A stretch of 64,000 nt of DNA from a virus. Its lineage: Duplodnaviria > Caudoviricetes. A model generated the notes under the pieces. The model was given only the letters and a program-made list of their open reading frames with translations. It was not told the origin of the DNA and made no database searches. The stretch spans positions 9,747 to 73,746 of the IMG/VR virus record IMGVR_UViG_3300021255_000070. One strand, 5' to 3'. Position numbers and translations under genes: made by a program. Positions 16,958 to 27,747 of the stretch are shown here, in pieces (position 1 is the stretch's first letter; each line of letters starts with the position of its first letter).

Positions 16958-19214
16958 CCAAATGCAACCACTTAAATTAACTGATTGGGAGAATGAGCCT
17001 AACCTACGTATTCTTAAAAGAGATTTAGAAGCAAGTAAGCCTGCACATAATGAACAGATTGCTAAAATTAAACAGTGGCAGGATCTTCTCTTGGTTCAGA
17101 ATGCAGAAAAACCTAATGTTCAGAAAGGTCGTTCTCGTGTTCAGCCTAAATTAGTAAGAAGACAAGCTGAATGGAGATATTCTGCACTTACAGAGCCTTT
17201 CCTTGGTTCAGATAGAATCTTTCAGGTAAACCCACGCACATTTGAGGATATGGAAGCTGCCAAGCAGAACCAAATCCTTTTAAATTATCAGTTTGACCAT
17301 AAATTAAATAAAGTTAAATTCATAGATGATTATGTACGTTCTGTAGTAGATGAAGGTACTGCTATTGTAAGACTAGGTTGGGAAAGAGTATCTCACCCTA
17401 TTATTGAACAGGTACCTTTATATACTTTTATTCCTACGCAGGATGAACAGTTTCTACAGATACTTCAACAGGCTGTAGAATTAAAGCATACTAACCCTAG
17501 AGCCTTTAATGAGCAGGTATCACCTGAGATTCAGGAATCAGTAAATTATTTTGAGGAAACTCAAATTCCAGCTATTGCTCAAGTAACTGGTGTTACTGAA
17601 GTACAATCTGAAGAGATAGATGAAAACAGACCTCTAGTAGAATTAATGAATCCTGTAAATGTATTTATTGACCCTTCATGCCAAGGAGATATTGATAAAG
17701 CTCTATTTGTAATAGTAAGTTTTGAACCAAACAGAGCTGAGCTACAGAAAGCAGGTATTTATCAGAATCTTGATTTAGTGGATTGGTCTGGTTCAAATCC
17801 TAATCAGGCAGATGACCACGAAAGTACTACTCCTACTGACTATACTTTAGATGATCCATACAGAGATAGAAAAGTAGCTTATGAATACTGGGGATATTAT
17901 GATATTCATGGTACAGGTGAATTAGTACCTATTGTAGCTACTTGGATTGGTAATACTATTATCCGTATGGCAGAGAATCCATATCCTGATGGTAAATTAC
18001 CTTTTGTCTTGGTTCCATATCTACCTATTAAACGTTCTGTATATGGTGAAACAGATGCAGAATTATTAGCAGATAATCAGAGAATAGTAGGTGCTGTAAC
18101 TAGAGGTATGATTGACTTATTAGGTAAGTCAGCCAATTCACAGCAAGGCTATGCTAAGAACTTTTTAGATCCGGTAAATCAGAGAAGATTTGAAGCAGGA
18201 CAGGATTATGAATTTAATCCTGAAGTACCTCCTACTGCTGGTTACATGATGCATACTTATCCTGAAATACCTCAGTCAGCTTTAACTGTTATTCAGATGA
18301 TGAACCAAGAAGCTGAATCTATGACTGGTGTTAAGTCATTTTCTGGTGGTATTTCTGGTGAAGCTTATGGTCAGGTAGCAGCAGGTATTCAAGGTGTATT
18401 GGATGCTTCATCCAAGAGAGAAATGGCTATCTTACGTAGATTAGCTAAAGGTATCTCTGATATTGGAACTAAGATTATTGCTATGAATGCTGAGTTCTTA
18501 GAAGATACTGAAGTAATCAGAGTAACTAATAAAGACTTTATTCCTATCTACAGAGATGACCTAAAAGGTCATTTTGATTTAATGGTAGATATTTCTACTG
18601 CTGAAGTAGATAATGCTAAAGCTCAAGATTTAGGATTTATGTTACAGACTATTGGACCTAACTTAGATCCTACTCTTATGACTGAAATCTTGGCTCAAAT
18701 TGCAGATTTAAAACGTATGCCTGATTTAGCAGAAAGATTAAGACAATGGAAACCTCAACCTGATCCTCTTGAAGAACTTAAGAAACAGCTTGAAATTCAG
18801 AAGTTACAGTCTGAAATTGCTCTTAATAATGCTCGTGCTCAGAACCAGTCTGCTGATGCTGAATCTAAAGAAGTTGATACTCAGCAGAATATTGATGGTA
18901 CTAAGCATCATAGAGAACTTGAGAAACAGCAGGCTCAAGCTCAAGGTAATCAGGATTTGGAAATCATTAAGGGACTTACTAAGACACGTAAGTTGGGTGA
19001 ATCTGCTCCTAACATAGATGCAGCAGTAGGTTATAACTTAATGAAAGGTGCTTTAAAAGACGCTGCTAATGCTCGTCTAGGCACACAGGATTCAGTAACT
19101 CATAGATTACCTAATGAGTCTGAAAGATGGAACCAAGCCAATAGACAATTAGCTAATGGCGTTGGTTCAAATAACATAAACTTTGTTCCTCCTTCACAGG
19201 CTGGTAATGTTTAA
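16950..19214 (+). CDS. Portal protein (N4 gp59-like)
   Basis: 754 aa; KLTDWENEP, GRSRVQPKLVRRQAEWRYSAL characteristic of N4-like portals. Confidence 0.93.
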   Translation: MSDQMQPLKLTDWENEPNLRILKRDLEASKPAHNEQIAKIKQWQDLLLVQNAEKPNVQKGRSRVQPKLVRRQAEWRYSALTEPFLGSDRIFQVNPRTFEDMEAAKQNQILLNYQFDHKLNKVKFIDDYVRSVVDEGTAIVRLGWERVSHPIIEQVPLYTFIPTQDEQFLQILQQAVELKHTNPRAFNEQVSPEIQESVNYFEETQIPAIAQVTGVTEVQSEEIDENRPLVELMNPVNVFIDPSCQGDIDKALFVIVSFEPNRAELQKAGIYQNLDLVDWSGSNPNQADDHESTTPTDYTLDDPYRDRKVAYEYWGYYDIHGTGELVPIVATWIGNTIIRMAENPYPDGKLPFVLVPYLPIKRSVYGETDAELLADNQRIVGAVTRGMIDLLGKSANSQQGYAKNFLDPVNQRRFEAGQDYEFNPEVPPTAGYMMHTYPEIPQSALTVIQMMNQEAESMTGVKSFSGGISGEAYGQVAAGIQGVLDASSKREMAILRRLAKGISDIGTKIIAMNAEFLEDTEVIRVTNKDFIPIYRDDLKGHFDLMVDISTAEVDNAKAQDLGFMLQTIGPNLDPTLMTEILAQIADLKRMPDLAERLRQWKPQPDPLEELKKQLEIQKLQSEIALNNARAQNQSADAESKEVDTQQNIDGTKHHRELEKQQAQAQGNQDLEIIKGLTKTRKLGESAPNIDAAVGYNLMKGALKDAANARLGTQDSVTHRLPNESERWNQANRQLANGVGSNNINFVPPSQAGNV

Positions 19215-19231
19215 ATATTTGGAGAAATATC

Positions 19232-19579
19232 ATGGAAAATGATGAAATCTTTAAACTTAGACAGGACATTGAAGAGCAAAAACAATTCCTTCTAAAAGTT
19301 AATGAACTAAAAGAACTTGAAAAGAATGCTCTATTTAAAAAGCATATCTTAAATGGTTTCTGTAGAGATGATGTAGCTAAGAACGTACAGCTTAGTTTAA
19401 ATACTAAGTTAAGACCTGAGACTAGAGAGCATTGTACTCATTTAGCTGAAGCAGGTGCTACTTTCTCTTCTTGGTTCTCTGAAATGTTAAAACTCGGAGA
19501 AATTGCTGAAGCAAGAATTAGAGAAGATGAAGCTGAAATCAATAATATTTATGCAAGTGCTAGCCAGTCAGAGGAATAA
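19232..19579 (+). CDS. N4 gp58-like hypothetical protein
   Basis: 115 aa between portal and the gp57-like gene. Confidence 0.6.
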   Translation: MENDEIFKLRQDIEEQKQFLLKVNELKELEKNALFKKHILNGFCRDDVAKNVQLSLNTKLRPETREHCTHLAEAGATFSSWFSEMLKLGEIAEARIREDEAEINNIYASASQSEE

Positions 19580-19582
19580 GGT

Positions 19583-20650
19583 ATGAGTGATAATGTAAAC
19601 CCATTAGATATGTCAGATGAAGAGTTTTTAAATGCTAATCCTTCTCCTGAAGGTCTGGCTCCAGAGAAAGAACAAGAAACAAAAACTCCAGAGTCAGAAC
19701 AGTCCGAAACAGATAATACTTCATCTGAACTTGAGTTAACTGATACAGATAACTCTAATGATTCTTCTGAACAGTTGACAGAGCAAGAAAAGTCAACTAA
19801 TATTCAAAGCAAAGAGCCTGTTGAAGAAGAACAACCTCAAGTAAATTATGAGGATTTTTATAAACAGGTTATGGCTCCATTCAAAGGTAATGGTAAAACT
19901 ATTACTTTGAAGAATGCAGAAGAAGCAATACACCTAATGCAACAGGGTGTTAACTATACGCAAAAGATGCAACAGATTGGTCCGTATAGAAAAGCACTCT
20001 TGATGTTGGAAAAGAATGGTCTTTTAGATGAAAATCAGCTTTCCTTCTTAATTGATGTAAAGAACAAGAATCCTGAAGCCATCAAGAAATTCTTGAAAGA
20101 CAATCAAATAGACCCATTAGACATTGATATAACGCAGGAACCTAATTACCAAGCTGGTAAAAATTTAGTCTCAGATCAAGAGGTAAATTTTAATAGTACA
20201 TTACAAGATGTTATGTCCACTCCTGAAGGAATGGAAACTGTTAAAACAGTTAATGACACTTGGGATGTAGAAAGTAAAAATTACCTTGTTCAGAACCCTG
20301 AAGATTTGAGAAATATACATATCCAAATGCAAAATGGTGTGTATAAGCTTATTACAGATGAAATATCAAGATTAAGGACTTTAGGACAAATCCCATCTTC
20401 TATGCCATTTGTAGAAGCATATCGTTTAGTAGGTAACAATATCTTGGCTCAGAAACAACAGCAGCAACAAGTACAAACTACTAGACCAGCTAATAGGGTT
20501 CAATCATCATTGTCTAATGGCAATAAAATCCGTCAAGCTGGTATCTCCAGTAATTCTCCTAAACAACCACGTAAAGCTGGTAACATGATTAATCCTTTAG
20601 CCATGTCTGATGAGGATTTTGAGAAACAGTTTGGCAATAGATATTATTAA
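19583..20650 (+). CDS. N4 gp57-like protein (scaffold-like, often labelled tape measure)
   Basis: Acidic N-terminus, MSDEEF/MSDEDF terminal repeats, APFKGNGK core; directly upstream of the MCP. Confidence 0.8.
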   Translation: MSDNVNPLDMSDEEFLNANPSPEGLAPEKEQETKTPESEQSETDNTSSELELTDTDNSNDSSEQLTEQEKSTNIQSKEPVEEEQPQVNYEDFYKQVMAPFKGNGKTITLKNAEEAIHLMQQGVNYTQKMQQIGPYRKALLMLEKNGLLDENQLSFLIDVKNKNPEAIKKFLKDNQIDPLDIDITQEPNYQAGKNLVSDQEVNFNSTLQDVMSTPEGMETVKTVNDTWDVESKNYLVQNPEDLRNIHIQMQNGVYKLITDEISRLRTLGQIPSSMPFVEAYRLVGNNILAQKQQQQQVQTTRPANRVQSSLSNGNKIRQAGISSNSPKQPRKAGNMINPLAMSDEDFEKQFGNRYY

Positions 20651-20664
20651 GAAGGAAATGAAAA

Positions 20665-21936
20665 ATGGGAACTATTACTAATTCAAACGAGTTTCAGAGT
20701 TCAAATGTAACTGTTAATCCATCACAGAATCCAATGAACTATAACAAGCCAGATACCAATCCATCTACTGTAGACGTTTATGGTGTTGACGGTGCTGGCA
20801 ATAAGCAGATGAATACCTTCTACTGGTATAAGAGAGCTTTAATTGAGGCTAAGAAAGACCAGTACTTCGGACAGATGGCATCTACTATCAATATGCCTAA
20901 GCATATGGGTCAGAAGATTCAGCGTTATGTATATGTACCTCTGTTGGATGATAGAAACATTAACGATCAGGGTATTGATGCTACAGGTGCTCATATTGTT
21001 AATGGTAACCTCTATGGTTCATCTAAAGACGTAGGTAAGATTCTATCTAAGTTACCTGTTCTAGGTGAGAATGGTGGTAGAGTTAACCGTGTAGGCTTCA
21101 CACGTACAACTCGTGAAGGCTCAATGAAGAAGTATGGTTTCTTCTTTGAGTGGTCAGAAGATTCACTACAGTTTGATTCAGACCCAGAGTTATATCAGCA
21201 CATGTATAACGAAGCTATCAAGGGTGCATCTGAAATGACTGAAGATATGCTTCAGATTGACCTTCTGAACCATGCAGGTGTTCAGCTCTTCCCGGGTGAT
21301 GCTACTTCTATTGCTACTGTATCAGGTGAAGGTTCTACTCCTCACGTACTTACCTACAGAGACTTACAGAAGTTAGATCAGGTATTAACTGATAACCGTT
21401 GTAAGTATGATACCCGTATCATTACTGGTACTCGTAACATTGATACTAAGGTAGTCCCAGCAGCTCGTATTGCTTTCATTGGTTCAGAGTTAGCTCTACA
21501 GTTACAAGATATGGTTGATAACTTTGGTAATCCAGCATTCGTATCAGTTGAACACTATGCAGCAGGTACTACTGTTCTACGTGGTGAGATTGGTAAGATT
21601 GGCAAATTCCGCTTCGTACAGGTTCCAGAGATGGAGTTCTTCGAGGGACAAGGTGCTGCTGTAACTGATACTGATTCTCCATTTGCTAACGATGGTTCTA
21701 AGTACAATGTTTACCCAATGTTAGTAATTGGTGATGATGCTTTCAATACTATTGGCTTTACTACAGATGGTGCTCATGATAAGTGGAAGATTATGGTTAA
21801 GAAACCTGGCATGGCAACTGCTGATAAGACAGACCCATATGGCACTCAGGGCTTCTGCTCAATTCAGTTCTGGTATGGATTCCTATGCAACAGACCAGAG
21901 CGCATTGCAGTAGCTTACTCAGTAGCTCAAGCTTAA
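20665..21936 (+). CDS. Major capsid protein (N4 gp56-like)
   Basis: YVPLLDDRNINDQGIDATG, GGRVNRVGFTR, DPYG..GF.SIQFWYG; strongly biased codon usage. Confidence 0.95.
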   Translation: MGTITNSNEFQSSNVTVNPSQNPMNYNKPDTNPSTVDVYGVDGAGNKQMNTFYWYKRALIEAKKDQYFGQMASTINMPKHMGQKIQRYVYVPLLDDRNINDQGIDATGAHIVNGNLYGSSKDVGKILSKLPVLGENGGRVNRVGFTRTTREGSMKKYGFFFEWSEDSLQFDSDPELYQHMYNEAIKGASEMTEDMLQIDLLNHAGVQLFPGDATSIATVSGEGSTPHVLTYRDLQKLDQVLTDNRCKYDTRIITGTRNIDTKVVPAARIAFIGSELALQLQDMVDNFGNPAFVSVEHYAAGTTVLRGEIGKIGKFRFVQVPEMEFFEGQGAAVTDTDSPFANDGSKYNVYPMLVIGDDAFNTIGFTTDGAHDKWKIMVKKPGMATADKTDPYGTQGFCSIQFWYGFLCNRPERIAVAYSVAQA

Positions 21937-21963
21937 TAGTTCAATAATTATGTCTCCTAAAAT

Positions 21964-21992
21964 AAAATGCCCTCGCAAGAGGGCATTTTTTT
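21964..21992 (+). terminator. Intrinsic terminator after the MCP
   Basis: AAAATGCCCTC-GCAA-GAGGGCATTTTTTT. Confidence 0.9.
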
Positions 21993-22034
21993 AATTATAA
22001 TTAAAGTACCTTTTAAATTTATGAGGAATTAATT

Positions 22035-22550
22035 ATGTCTGACAATAAAGCAGAGTTAGCACTCTTAAAAGAACAAGCTACTAAGCTAGGTATTGCTTAT
22101 TCTCCTAACATTGGTTATGCAACCCTTAAAAAGAAGATTGATGCTAAATTAGCAGAAACTGAAGGTTTAACTCCAGAAGATACAGAACCAGTAACTAAAG
22201 TAGCTACTACTGGTTCAAAAAAGATGAATATGCTTAAACTTGTTAGAGTTCAGATTACTAATCTAGACCCTAATGATTCAAATCTTACTGGCGAATACCG
22301 TACTTTCTGTAATGGCGTTACAGGTAAGATTGGTCGTATGATTCGTTATGGTAAGCCTTGGCATATTGAGTCCTGTATGCTTGATTCAATGAAGGAAGCT
22401 AAATTTGCTATTGTAACTCAGGAAGGTAATAAACCTCCTAGAACTACTCTTACACCAAAATACTCTATTGAAATGCTTCCTCCTTTAACTCCTGAAGATT
22501 TAGCAGATTTAGCTAAAGCACAACAGGCTGGTAATAGAATAGATAATTAA
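22035..22550 (+). CDS. N4 gp55-like protein
   Basis: LKEQATKLGIAYSPNIG N-terminus and LPPLTPEDLADLAKAQ C-terminus; synteny. Confidence 0.75.
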   Translation: MSDNKAELALLKEQATKLGIAYSPNIGYATLKKKIDAKLAETEGLTPEDTEPVTKVATTGSKKMNMLKLVRVQITNLDPNDSNLTGEYRTFCNGVTGKIGRMIRYGKPWHIESCMLDSMKEAKFAIVTQEGNKPPRTTLTPKYSIEMLPPLTPEDLADLAKAQQAGNRIDN

Positions 22551-22568
22551 TTTTAACTATACTTAAAT

Positions 22569-22598
22569 AAAAAAGACTCTACTATGGGTCTTTTTTAG
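22569..22598 (+). terminator. Intrinsic terminator
   Basis: AAAAAAGACTC...GGGTCTTTTTT. Confidence 0.65.
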
Positions 22599-22613
22599 TA
22601 TTAGGAGTACAAA

Positions 22614-23327
22614 ATGGTAGATGTAACTAAATTTAGTAATGATATAGATTCTATCACTATGCTAGAAAATCTAACTAAAGGACTTAACTTTCAGATTCCT
22701 GATGTAGATTTAGATGGTGATGGTTATAACATTCCTGCTTCTCTGATAGAGAGACTAGGACAAGATCCTGAAAGTATTACAGTAGATAACCTTACTGAAC
22801 CAAGAGTAAAAGGTGATAGAACTTTCGATAGAATCATGCATGCTTTTTCCATTCACTTACAGGAAGAGCTTACTAATGGTCGTATTACTGGTGCTGATTA
22901 TGCTACTGTTTACTCTAACTTAGCTTCAGTAGGTATGCAATGTGCAGTACAATTTGAATTAGGTAGATTTAAACAGCAATGGGAAGGTATAGCAGCTCAG
23001 ATTAATGCTATTAAAGCTAATGTAGAATTAGCTACAGCAAAAGTACAGCTAGCTATTGCTAAAGCTCAAGCTCATAACATGAAAGCTCAGTATGCTAATA
23101 CAGTTGCTCAGTTAGCTATTGCGGATGCTCAGTATGCCTTGGTTCAACAGCAGAGAGATTCTTTTATGGCTAAAGATAGAAATGATGCTGCTAAACTACA
23201 GGTAGATTCATGGGCTGTAATGAAAGGTATTGATGAAGGTATTGAACCTCCTACTAATTTACAGAATAGTTCTATTGATAGAAGCTTAAATAAGATTTAT
23301 GAAGTATTAGATATGAAGGGAAACTAA
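22614..23327 (+). CDS. N4 gp54-like virion structural protein
   Basis: GRITGADYATVY motif, helical Ala/Gln-rich C-terminus; synteny. Confidence 0.75.
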   Translation: MVDVTKFSNDIDSITMLENLTKGLNFQIPDVDLDGDGYNIPASLIERLGQDPESITVDNLTEPRVKGDRTFDRIMHAFSIHLQEELTNGRITGADYATVYSNLASVGMQCAVQFELGRFKQQWEGIAAQINAIKANVELATAKVQLAIAKAQAHNMKAQYANTVAQLAIADAQYALVQQQRDSFMAKDRNDAAKLQVDSWAVMKGIDEGIEPPTNLQNSSIDRSLNKIYEVLDMKGN

Positions 23328-23328
23328 T

Positions 23329-23760
23329 ATGTTAATAAATTCTATAGATAATAGTATCTTCTATACTAGAGATTTTATTGAAGGAACTAAACTATGGAAT
23401 AAGATATATTCTAAGTATAGAAACTTTTCTATAGAAAATATGATTCATTATTATGATAGTACACCTGTAACTGGTTTAGCATTATATGATGATAATCTTA
23501 AGTTAGTAGGTATTTGTTTTTATACATTTACTGTTCCCTATGGTTCTAATGATAAAACAATGGTTGTTACTCATTTTGTTACACATCCTGCTATAAGAAA
23601 ATCTTTTATGGCAGGTAAATTTTTAAAAAAGATAGAATCTATAGCAAGAGATAATAACTGTGTAGCTATTCTTTACCCAGATTGTACTTTTAATGGGTTC
23701 TTTGAAAAGCATCCTAATAAATATAAAGTAGCAGATATTATTTATAAACAGGAGTTATAA
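23329..23760 (+). CDS. GNAT-fold acetyltransferase-like protein
   Basis: VTHFVTHPAIRKSFMAGKFLKKIESIARDNNC resembles the GNAT acetyl-CoA-binding motif A. Confidence 0.6.
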   Translation: MLINSIDNSIFYTRDFIEGTKLWNKIYSKYRNFSIENMIHYYDSTPVTGLALYDDNLKLVGICFYTFTVPYGSNDKTMVVTHFVTHPAIRKSFMAGKFLKKIESIARDNNCVAILYPDCTFNGFFEKHPNKYKVADIIYKQEL

Positions 23761-26700
23761 ATGGGTGGTCATTGGAATCCTTTTGATGCTATTAAAGGTG
23801 CCATTAAAGTAGTTACTGGTATTACTATTGTTAATGCTGTAAAACAGATATTACAAGGTAAAATTGATAAAGCTATTGGAACCATAGTAAAAGACCAAAT
23901 TCAGTCTTTAGGTATAAAACTTGAAGATGAATATGATGAAGTTACACAGATAGATTCTAAAATGTATAACCTTCTTGGTTCAAATAAGCCTAATAGTGAA
24001 ATTCTTACCTCTGCAACTAGATCTATAGTCTATAACATAGATATGTTACAAGCTATTAAAGAAGACTTATTCAATGATGGTTTTGTACGTATTAATTCTT
24101 ATGTTCAATGGGCTAAAAGACATAATATATATTCCAAAATTGGTTTTAATACTACTGCTCTTTCCAATCATATTTCTGATCATCAGGTATTGGCTGCAAT
24201 TAAAACAGTATTAGGTGACATAGATTACTATCCTAATACTGGTGATGTAGGTAAATTACAGAACTTAAGATTCCAACTCGGATTTGCCTACTGTGGTAAG
24301 CATAATATTAATTTAGATGAACTTATATCCTGTGAACTTATAAGCAGTACTCAAGCTGAAGTGCTTCTTAAAGATGGAACTAAGATAGTATTTAATTTAT
24401 CAGAATTTAATTTAAATCCTAATGATGAGTATGCTGTATGTATTTATAGAACTTATCAAGATGTTTATATATATATAGCTTCTGAAGCAAGTTTAAATGA
24501 TTTACCTTTTAAAGAAGATTTAGGGATATTTACTAAAACTTTCAAAGAAGGTGAAACAGGATATAGTACTTATTCTGTTAGTGATGCCTGTGAAGAAGCA
24601 GGTGTACCTAGAATCTTTGTAGAAAGTTTTACTTATGAAGAACATGAAGTAACTGAGATTATTGAGCCAACTGAAGAAGAACTAGAAGAAGATCCTGATT
24701 TAGAACCAAGAGAAGAAACTCATAGAGAAAGAATTTATACTCTTACTTATGAACAGTTAGATTATGATAGTCCACTTTTTGATACTACAAAGGATGCCTA
24801 TTATATTTTTGAGCCTTCTACTGGTTCTGTATTTTTCTATGAAAAAACTCTTGTATCAGTACCTACCTCTAATTGGACTTCCTATTGGTATAAATACGGT
24901 TCAGGTTTGCCTACTATTGATGCTCTCTGGCTCGAATCTACTAAACAGGTAGATTCCCAGTACAGTTTCATGCCTATTCTTCCTGTAAGAACATATACTA
25001 CTCCTATTACAGAAGAGTTATTTCCTGAGTATTATCCATTACTTCAGAAATCATGTAAGAAAATCTTCAAAGATAGAAAATTCTATTCTAAATTAGTTAA
25101 ACAAATAGATACTAATCCTCAAGCTACACATATAGATTTTGCTCATCTATTGTTTGGAGTACCTTTTAATAGAAAGGAAGAATATTCCATTGAGTATCTT
25201 TGCAAATTCTTTATTTATATAAGTTCCTATAGTAGATATTTTCAGACTCAAGCATACGCAGGACAGTTTAATCCTATTAATGATTATGGTCAGCATGTAA
25301 GTTTATATTATCCTAGATATCAAAAAAGATTAGGCTATTGGTGTAATATGCCGGATAGCATTACGGCTAATCTTAACTGGTCACTTTGTTGGGATGCCTG
25401 TCATTATGATACTTTCTTTTTAAACAAAGCTCCTAATAAACCTTATTGGATAGAAAATACTACTGTAGGTGGAGGACAATATAGACTTACAGGTGAAACA
25501 GCAAGTGTAGGTTTAGTATTCTTCCCAAATACACTACTAGGTGTTGCTAATTTTATAGGATATACACCTTGTTTTATTACCAATATGTCATTAGATACTT
25601 CTTTGTTTTCCGCAGATTTAATGTTAAGAGGAATAACTCAAGGAGCTGACATTTATGAGTATGATTCTTCTAATTCTAGAGCAGAGTATGATGCAAAAAA
25701 ACAAGAACGTACTCCTATGATTCATAACAGTGCTTGGGTGAACGCTGGTAAATTAATTACACGGGAATGGCACATATGTTCTTCTACTGAGTTATCATAC
25801 TTACATTCTAAATATGGATTACCTACTGATGCTCTTAGTTATGCTAGAAGTATACTTGGTATAAGCAATAACAATAACCTACCTTATATACCTTCTTATC
25901 ATTTAAGTAATTTAGGTAGACCTTCCACTAATGTTTTATCTTGTACTGCTATTGTCTTTGCACGAGAGTATAGAAAAGATGAATCAGGATCTGGATATTA
26001 TTCATATGGAACACATAAAAGAAAATACCAAGGATGTGATGTTCCTTTTGGTTCAATAGGTATGAATCTTGAAGAGAATAATCGTAATAGTCTTTATTTT
26101 ATAAATATGTTATCTAATGTAGAGTCTATTACTCCTTTACCTTCTGGTAGATGTTTAATCTTTAATAGACAGATTTCTAATACCTATTGTGAAAGAGCTT
26201 ATTTATATAATCTCAATATTCATAATGAAATTCTTCCCGGATTTTCTATTGTATATAATGCATATAACTACTTAGATTCTATTGATGGTTCTGAGGGTAC
26301 TTGTCCTTTTGTAATACCTATTAATCTCACTGTTATGAAACAGATGTCTATGGTTCATAGAAATGAGGTATTACAAGTATCTTACAATTTATTGTTTAAT
26401 ATTTTTGTAAAGGAAACTATTAGAATACCTTGGTATGCTACTTCTACTTTTAAAATAGTATGTTTAGTAGCAAGAATTGTCGTTACAGTAGTATTATTTG
26501 TTATTACCCTACCAGCAGGTGGTCAGGGTGCTACAGCTTTTAATATGGTGGTTAGTGCTGTATCTACTGTAGTAGCTAATATTGCTATGCAAATGATTAT
26601 ATCTTCTATCATTAGTAAGATTATAGTAGCAATAGTAGCTTTAATAGTAACTAAGATTATAGCTAAAATTACAGGTAATGAACTCATTGGTACAGTAGCA

Positions 26701-27180
26701 GGTATAGCTGTTGCTATTGTTGGTTCATACATGATGAGTTCATACGATGCTAATGGCAATGTTATTTCTTCTGATTCATTCTCTTGGGATAAATTATATA
26801 CCAATGTATCTAATAAGATTACTGAGTTTATATCTAGTCCTAAAGATTTAGCTGAGTTAGCTATTTCAGGAGCTAATAAGTATGTAGCTAAGTTGAACCA
26901 AGGAGTTCAACAGGATTATATGGAAATGGCTAATGCCTATAAACAATTCCAGACTACTACTCAGGATGAAGCTCAGAAGTTATATGAATTAGAAGCATAT
27001 AATAATTCACTTAGAAATACTAACTTTGCAAGTACACTATCTACTAGAATGTTACAGAACCCATATCAGGGAGCTAGGTTAAATACTACTTTAGCAGATA
27101 GTACAGCTATATATGCACTTTCTCAAAGTAAAGTCTATAATATGTATGAGATAACTATTAATGTTAAAAACTATGTATAA
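23761..27180 (+). CDS. N4 gp53-like large structural protein with a hydrophobic C-terminal region
   Basis: 1139 aa; SFMPILPVR, IDFAHLLFGVPFN and WYATSTFK followed by several TM-like segments; synteny. Confidence 0.7.
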   Translation: MGGHWNPFDAIKGAIKVVTGITIVNAVKQILQGKIDKAIGTIVKDQIQSLGIKLEDEYDEVTQIDSKMYNLLGSNKPNSEILTSATRSIVYNIDMLQAIKEDLFNDGFVRINSYVQWAKRHNIYSKIGFNTTALSNHISDHQVLAAIKTVLGDIDYYPNTGDVGKLQNLRFQLGFAYCGKHNINLDELISCELISSTQAEVLLKDGTKIVFNLSEFNLNPNDEYAVCIYRTYQDVYIYIASEASLNDLPFKEDLGIFTKTFKEGETGYSTYSVSDACEEAGVPRIFVESFTYEEHEVTEIIEPTEEELEEDPDLEPREETHRERIYTLTYEQLDYDSPLFDTTKDAYYIFEPSTGSVFFYEKTLVSVPTSNWTSYWYKYGSGLPTIDALWLESTKQVDSQYSFMPILPVRTYTTPITEELFPEYYPLLQKSCKKIFKDRKFYSKLVKQIDTNPQATHIDFAHLLFGVPFNRKEEYSIEYLCKFFIYISSYSRYFQTQAYAGQFNPINDYGQHVSLYYPRYQKRLGYWCNMPDSITANLNWSLCWDACHYDTFFLNKAPNKPYWIENTTVGGGQYRLTGETASVGLVFFPNTLLGVANFIGYTPCFITNMSLDTSLFSADLMLRGITQGADIYEYDSSNSRAEYDAKKQERTPMIHNSAWVNAGKLITREWHICSSTELSYLHSKYGLPTDALSYARSILGISNNNNLPYIPSYHLSNLGRPSTNVLSCTAIVFAREYRKDESGSGYYSYGTHKRKYQGCDVPFGSIGMNLEENNRNSLYFINMLSNVESITPLPSGRCLIFNRQISNTYCERAYLYNLNIHNEILPGFSIVYNAYNYLDSIDGSEGTCPFVIPINLTVMKQMSMVHRNEVLQVSYNLLFNIFVKETIRIPWYATSTFKIVCLVARIVVTVVLFVITLPAGGQGATAFNMVVSAVSTVVANIAMQMIISSIISKIIVAIVALIVTKIIAKITGNELIGTVAGIAVAIVGSYMMSSYDANGNVISSDSFSWDKLYTNVSNKITEFISSPKDLAELAISGANKYVAKLNQGVQQDYMEMANAYKQFQTTTQDEAQKLYELEAYNNSLRNTNFASTLSTRMLQNPYQGARLNTTLADSTAIYALSQSKVYNMYEITINVKNYV

Positions 27181-27243
27181 GCCTCTTCTTTGGTTCAAAG
27201 AATGAATAAGCTTATCTTGTAACTAATTAAGAGGTAAATACTT

Positions 27244-27738
27244 ATGTCTGATTATTTTAGTAATTTAAATACTAATACATACTATCAGCCATCTATTTTT
27301 GGTAATCCAAATAATCAGCTTAATTTAGCTAATTCTTCTGGAAATATTTTAAATACTGGTATTGGTGCTAGTAGTATTACAGGTGCTAATAACAGTTTAG
27401 GTTCTTTTAATAATTTATTTTCAGGTTGGGGCGATAGATTAAGTAATATTGGTTCATGGTTCGGTCAGGGAGATAACCTAAAAGGATTAGGTGAACTTAC
27501 TCAAGGTATCGCTGGTGTTTTATCATATCTTAATGGCAAAAAAGGACTAGCTTTAGCTAGAGATCAGCTTGATACTGCTAAGAACCAATGGTTAACCAAC
27601 CATAATATTGAAGTTCAGCTTCAGAATAATAAAACTAGAGATATTCTTGGTCCACGTTTAATGCAAAATACTGGAAGCAAAGATAATTTAGCACAAGAAT
27701 ATAACTTACGTAAATTAAATACTTTAAATAGTATTTAA
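27244..27738 (+). CDS. N4 gp52-like virion protein
   Basis: Gly/Asn-rich, Cys-free, 164 aa; position between gp53-like and vRNAP. Confidence 0.6.
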   Translation: MSDYFSNLNTNTYYQPSIFGNPNNQLNLANSSGNILNTGIGASSITGANNSLGSFNNLFSGWGDRLSNIGSWFGQGDNLKGLGELTQGIAGVLSYLNGKKGLALARDQLDTAKNQWLTNHNIEVQLQNNKTRDILGPRLMQNTGSKDNLAQEYNLRKLNTLNSI

Positions 27739-27747
27739 GGAGGTAGT

